Shown: piece after piece, positions 61,193-64,000 of the stretch
How positions within the stretch are numbered: position 1 is the first letter of the stretch
Layout: every line of letters starts with the position of its first letter
Assembly: GCA_964016885.1 (NCBI GenBank)
Contig: OZ024740.1
Location: 163,184,001-163,248,000 of the forward strand
Origin: Eledone cirrhosa
Taxonomy: Eukaryota
Length of the DNA: 64,000 nucleotides
Direction: 5' to 3'
The notes under the pieces: generated by a model
What the model was told of the DNA's origin: nothing
Seen by the model: the letters and a program-made list of their open reading frames with translations, nothing else
The model's database searches: none
Translations under genes and position numbers: made by a program

Positions 61193-62380
61193 CATCATCA
61201 TCATCATCGTTTAACGTCCATCTTCCACGCTTGCATGGGTTTGGACGGGAGTTTTCCCACCTGAGGCAAGATTGGTTGTCCTGCTCGTATAGGACTGTCT
61301 GGCGGGTTTTCTATGGCTGGATCCCCTTCCTAACACCAACGACGTTTACAGTGTGGACTGGGAGGTTTTTACCGTGTTACCTACACAGCCACATAACAGC
61401 GTGGACTGTATGTTTTTTTGTCGTGACACCTACACATCTGACGGGTTTTCTACGGCTGGATGCCCTTCCCAATACCAACCACGTTTACAGTGTGTTCTGG
61501 GAGGTTTTTACCGTGTTACCTACACATCCACATTACAGCGTGGACTGTGTTTTTTTTTTGTCGTGACACCTACACGACCCATTTGTTTCGAACTGGATGT
61601 TGTGGTACCAACATAACTTCACATTTAAGGAGGTGGTGTGGATAGGGTGGGGGTAGTGGGACGGGGGTGTATTTCGTTAGAGGTGCCTACTGACTGTAGG
61701 TTTCGCTTTGTACTTAGGCAAGGCGGGTCTTCTGTATAACTGTGTAGCGCCAAAGATCTCGGTCCAGTGACATTGTCTTGGAGAGGTGTAAGTGTGTGAG
61801 GTCGGAATTTATCAAGTCGTCCCAGGTTTTTCTGGGTCTGCCTACTCCATGGTTACCGTCTATTTTTATTGCCCTGCACTTTTTTATACAGCTGTTGTCT
61901 TTCATGCGCATCACGTGGCCGTACCAACGTAGTCTTCTCTCGAGTAAACAATATCTGATCCCTCTTATTCCTAATTTCTCCCTTAGTTCGTTTATGCTTT
62001 GCCGCTCACGTATATTACTATTACACACTCAGCGGAGCATGCAAGCTTCGTTTCTCTCCAGACTGCGTATATCCTCTGCAGACAATGCCCAGGTCTCACT
62101 GCCATGTAACATTGCTGTTCGTATGCAGGCATCATATAGCCTGCTTTTCATTTTTAGAGAGAACCCTTTAGCGGCCAATTGTGGTATAAGCTCTCTGAAC
62201 TTTTTCCATCCCGTTCTGACTCTAGCTACAGTACTTTCAGAGCACCCTCCCCCACTGCTGATTTTGTCACCCAGGTAACGGAAGCTGTCCACTATTTCTA
62301 TAGAACCATCTGTGCAATGGAATGAGCTAGTATTCTGTGGGCACTTGCTGCTACTTATTGCACTACTTATTGATGTCAAT
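61193..62380 (-). mobile_element. 5'-truncated RTE LINE (sister subfamily), C-terminal ORF plus 3'UTR
   Basis: ORFs 62029..62379 and 61714..62028 are one frame broken by a single TGG>TGA change (EACMLR*VCNSNIRER). The 3'UTR has an internal ~140-bp duplication and a (TGA)n tail. Confidence 0.92.
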
Positions 62381-63348
62381 GTAAAGACCTAGAAGGGCCA
62401 TGTAATTTCCGAATAAAGCAGGCACCTCGACAATCAACCCAAAAAGGTCAAATTTATCATCTAGACTTCATGCTTCAGATTTATAGGAAAGAAGAAATGT
62501 TAATTTGTCATGTTCCTGAGAGCATTGACAACAGTAACTTCTGAAATAAATGGTGACAAGCTGTTGATTGAACTGGTTTGCAAACTTGATTATCTTCAGA
62601 AATCGCCACAGCCTGTATCCTATTATTAATCAACAGGTGAACATCTACATGTTGGCTCTATATGTTAGGAATGGCAACCAAATCTCTCTCTAATCAAATA
62701 CTACCATCTCAAAGGGAAGGAACAGTACACAGAATAGTGTGATACTAGACACAATGTCATCATCATCATCACCACCATTTAACGTCCATTTTTCCATGCT
62801 GGCATGGGTTAGATGAGTTATCCTGTTGTGGGCAATGCTAGGTCAAGTGACCATGTCTTGCTCAAAATGAATGTGCACAGCTATGATACCCTTGAACATA
62901 GGTGTGCTCAATCAGAGTTGATATGAAGCAAAACAACAACCACCATCAGCTATAAACAATTCATATCTGTATTCATGTTTGAGATGTAAAGATCTTAGCA
63001 GTTAACTACAGCAACGATGGTTATGTCAAAAGATTGACATTACTTGCATAAGAAATTCTAGAAACAAAATTTCTGAACACACACATACATATACATATAT
63101 CTATATATACACACACATACATACATATATAGTGCAAGGTCAAAAATGAAACACAGAGAACCATTACAAAATGTATTATTAGGTTAATGCTTATATGAAA
63201 AGGAAAAATAAGTCATTTCAACATATCGGACATTAGTCCATCAATAAAGAAAAAAAGATTGAAGTTAGGAAAAAGGAGAAGTGATAAGAGAAACAAACGG
63301 AAGGGGGGAGTATCAGCAGGGGAGGAAGTGGATTGTCATGTATGCATG

Positions 63349-64000
63349 TATCATCATCATCATTTAATCTCCATTTTCCATGCGAGCATGGATTTTGGTT
63401 TGGTTTTTACAGCTGGATGCCCTTCCTAATGCCAACCAGTTACAGTGTGGACAGGGCGCTTTTTATCATAACACCCATATGGCCATTTTACAATGTGAAC
63501 TGGGTACTTTTTTCATGATACCTACACAATCACTTTAAAGTGTGGACTGGGCACTTTTTATTGTCACTAACATGACCACTTTACAGTGTGGACTGGGAAT
63601 TTGGGTTGGGGAGGTACACAGGGATTGGGGATGTAAAATTAGGGGCATGGGTGGGGTGGTGTGTTAGGACGTGGGAAATGTATGGGAGGAGTGATGGAGG
63701 GGAATGTAGTGCATACTAGATGTATACCTCAGCCCCTGCACATGGGAAGGCAGGTCTTCTGTATTACTACATAACACCAGCGATCAGGGTCCTTTGAGAA
63801 GTGCAATTGTGCAATGTCAACTTTTATCACCTCATCCCAAGTCTTCCTACTCCATAGCTTCTATCAACTTTAGCGCTCTGCACCTTTTTATACAACTGTC
63901 ATCCTTCATACACATCACATCCATACCAATGCAATCTCCTCTCATGCACACTGCAACTCTCACACCCAATTTCGCTCTCAGTTCACTTATGCTTTGCCAT
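63349..64000 (-). mobile_element. Degraded RTE LINE 3' part (runs off the window edge)
   Basis: Minus strand WQSISELRAKLGVRVAVCMRGD..WYGCDV and WDEVIKVDIAQLH; 3'UTR repeats and CATCATCAT tail. Confidence 0.85.

Noticed and set aside
1-64000. Host protein-coding exons or a prokaryotic-type defence/retron system
   Set aside because: All recognisable coding remnants are transposon-derived and the RT is a non-LTR RTE type. Small host exons cannot be excluded without RNA-seq.

Overview
This is AT-rich, microsatellite-rich eukaryotic DNA. I could not identify a host protein-coding exon, RNA gene, CRISPR array or prokaryotic system. The repeat repertoire matches my recollection of octopod (coleoid cephalopod) genomes, so the window is probably intronic or intergenic octopus DNA (inference). 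Retroelements: at least seven RTE-clade LINE copies with coding remnants plus many 3'-tail fragments, several tRNA-derived SINE families (one young, several CORE-type), an unclassified (CAA)n-tailed repeat and a Penelope-like remnant. DNA transposons: two hAT/Charlie elements with 8-bp TSDs, a deleted mariner, a Chapaev-like remnant, a non-autonomous Helitron and two TTAA (piggyBac-type) MITE families. The only long intact ORF is the 5'-truncated RTE reverse transcriptase at 25583-26773. It carries a C4-H-C3 PHD-type zinc finger between the YADD and YLG motifs, and two older divergent copies carry it too. Other highlights: three loci with same-site double SINE insertion, a GC-rich palindrome whose core mismatches are all CpG-decay transitions, and degenerate ribozyme-like motifs. 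Boundaries of old repeats were read by eye and are approximate.
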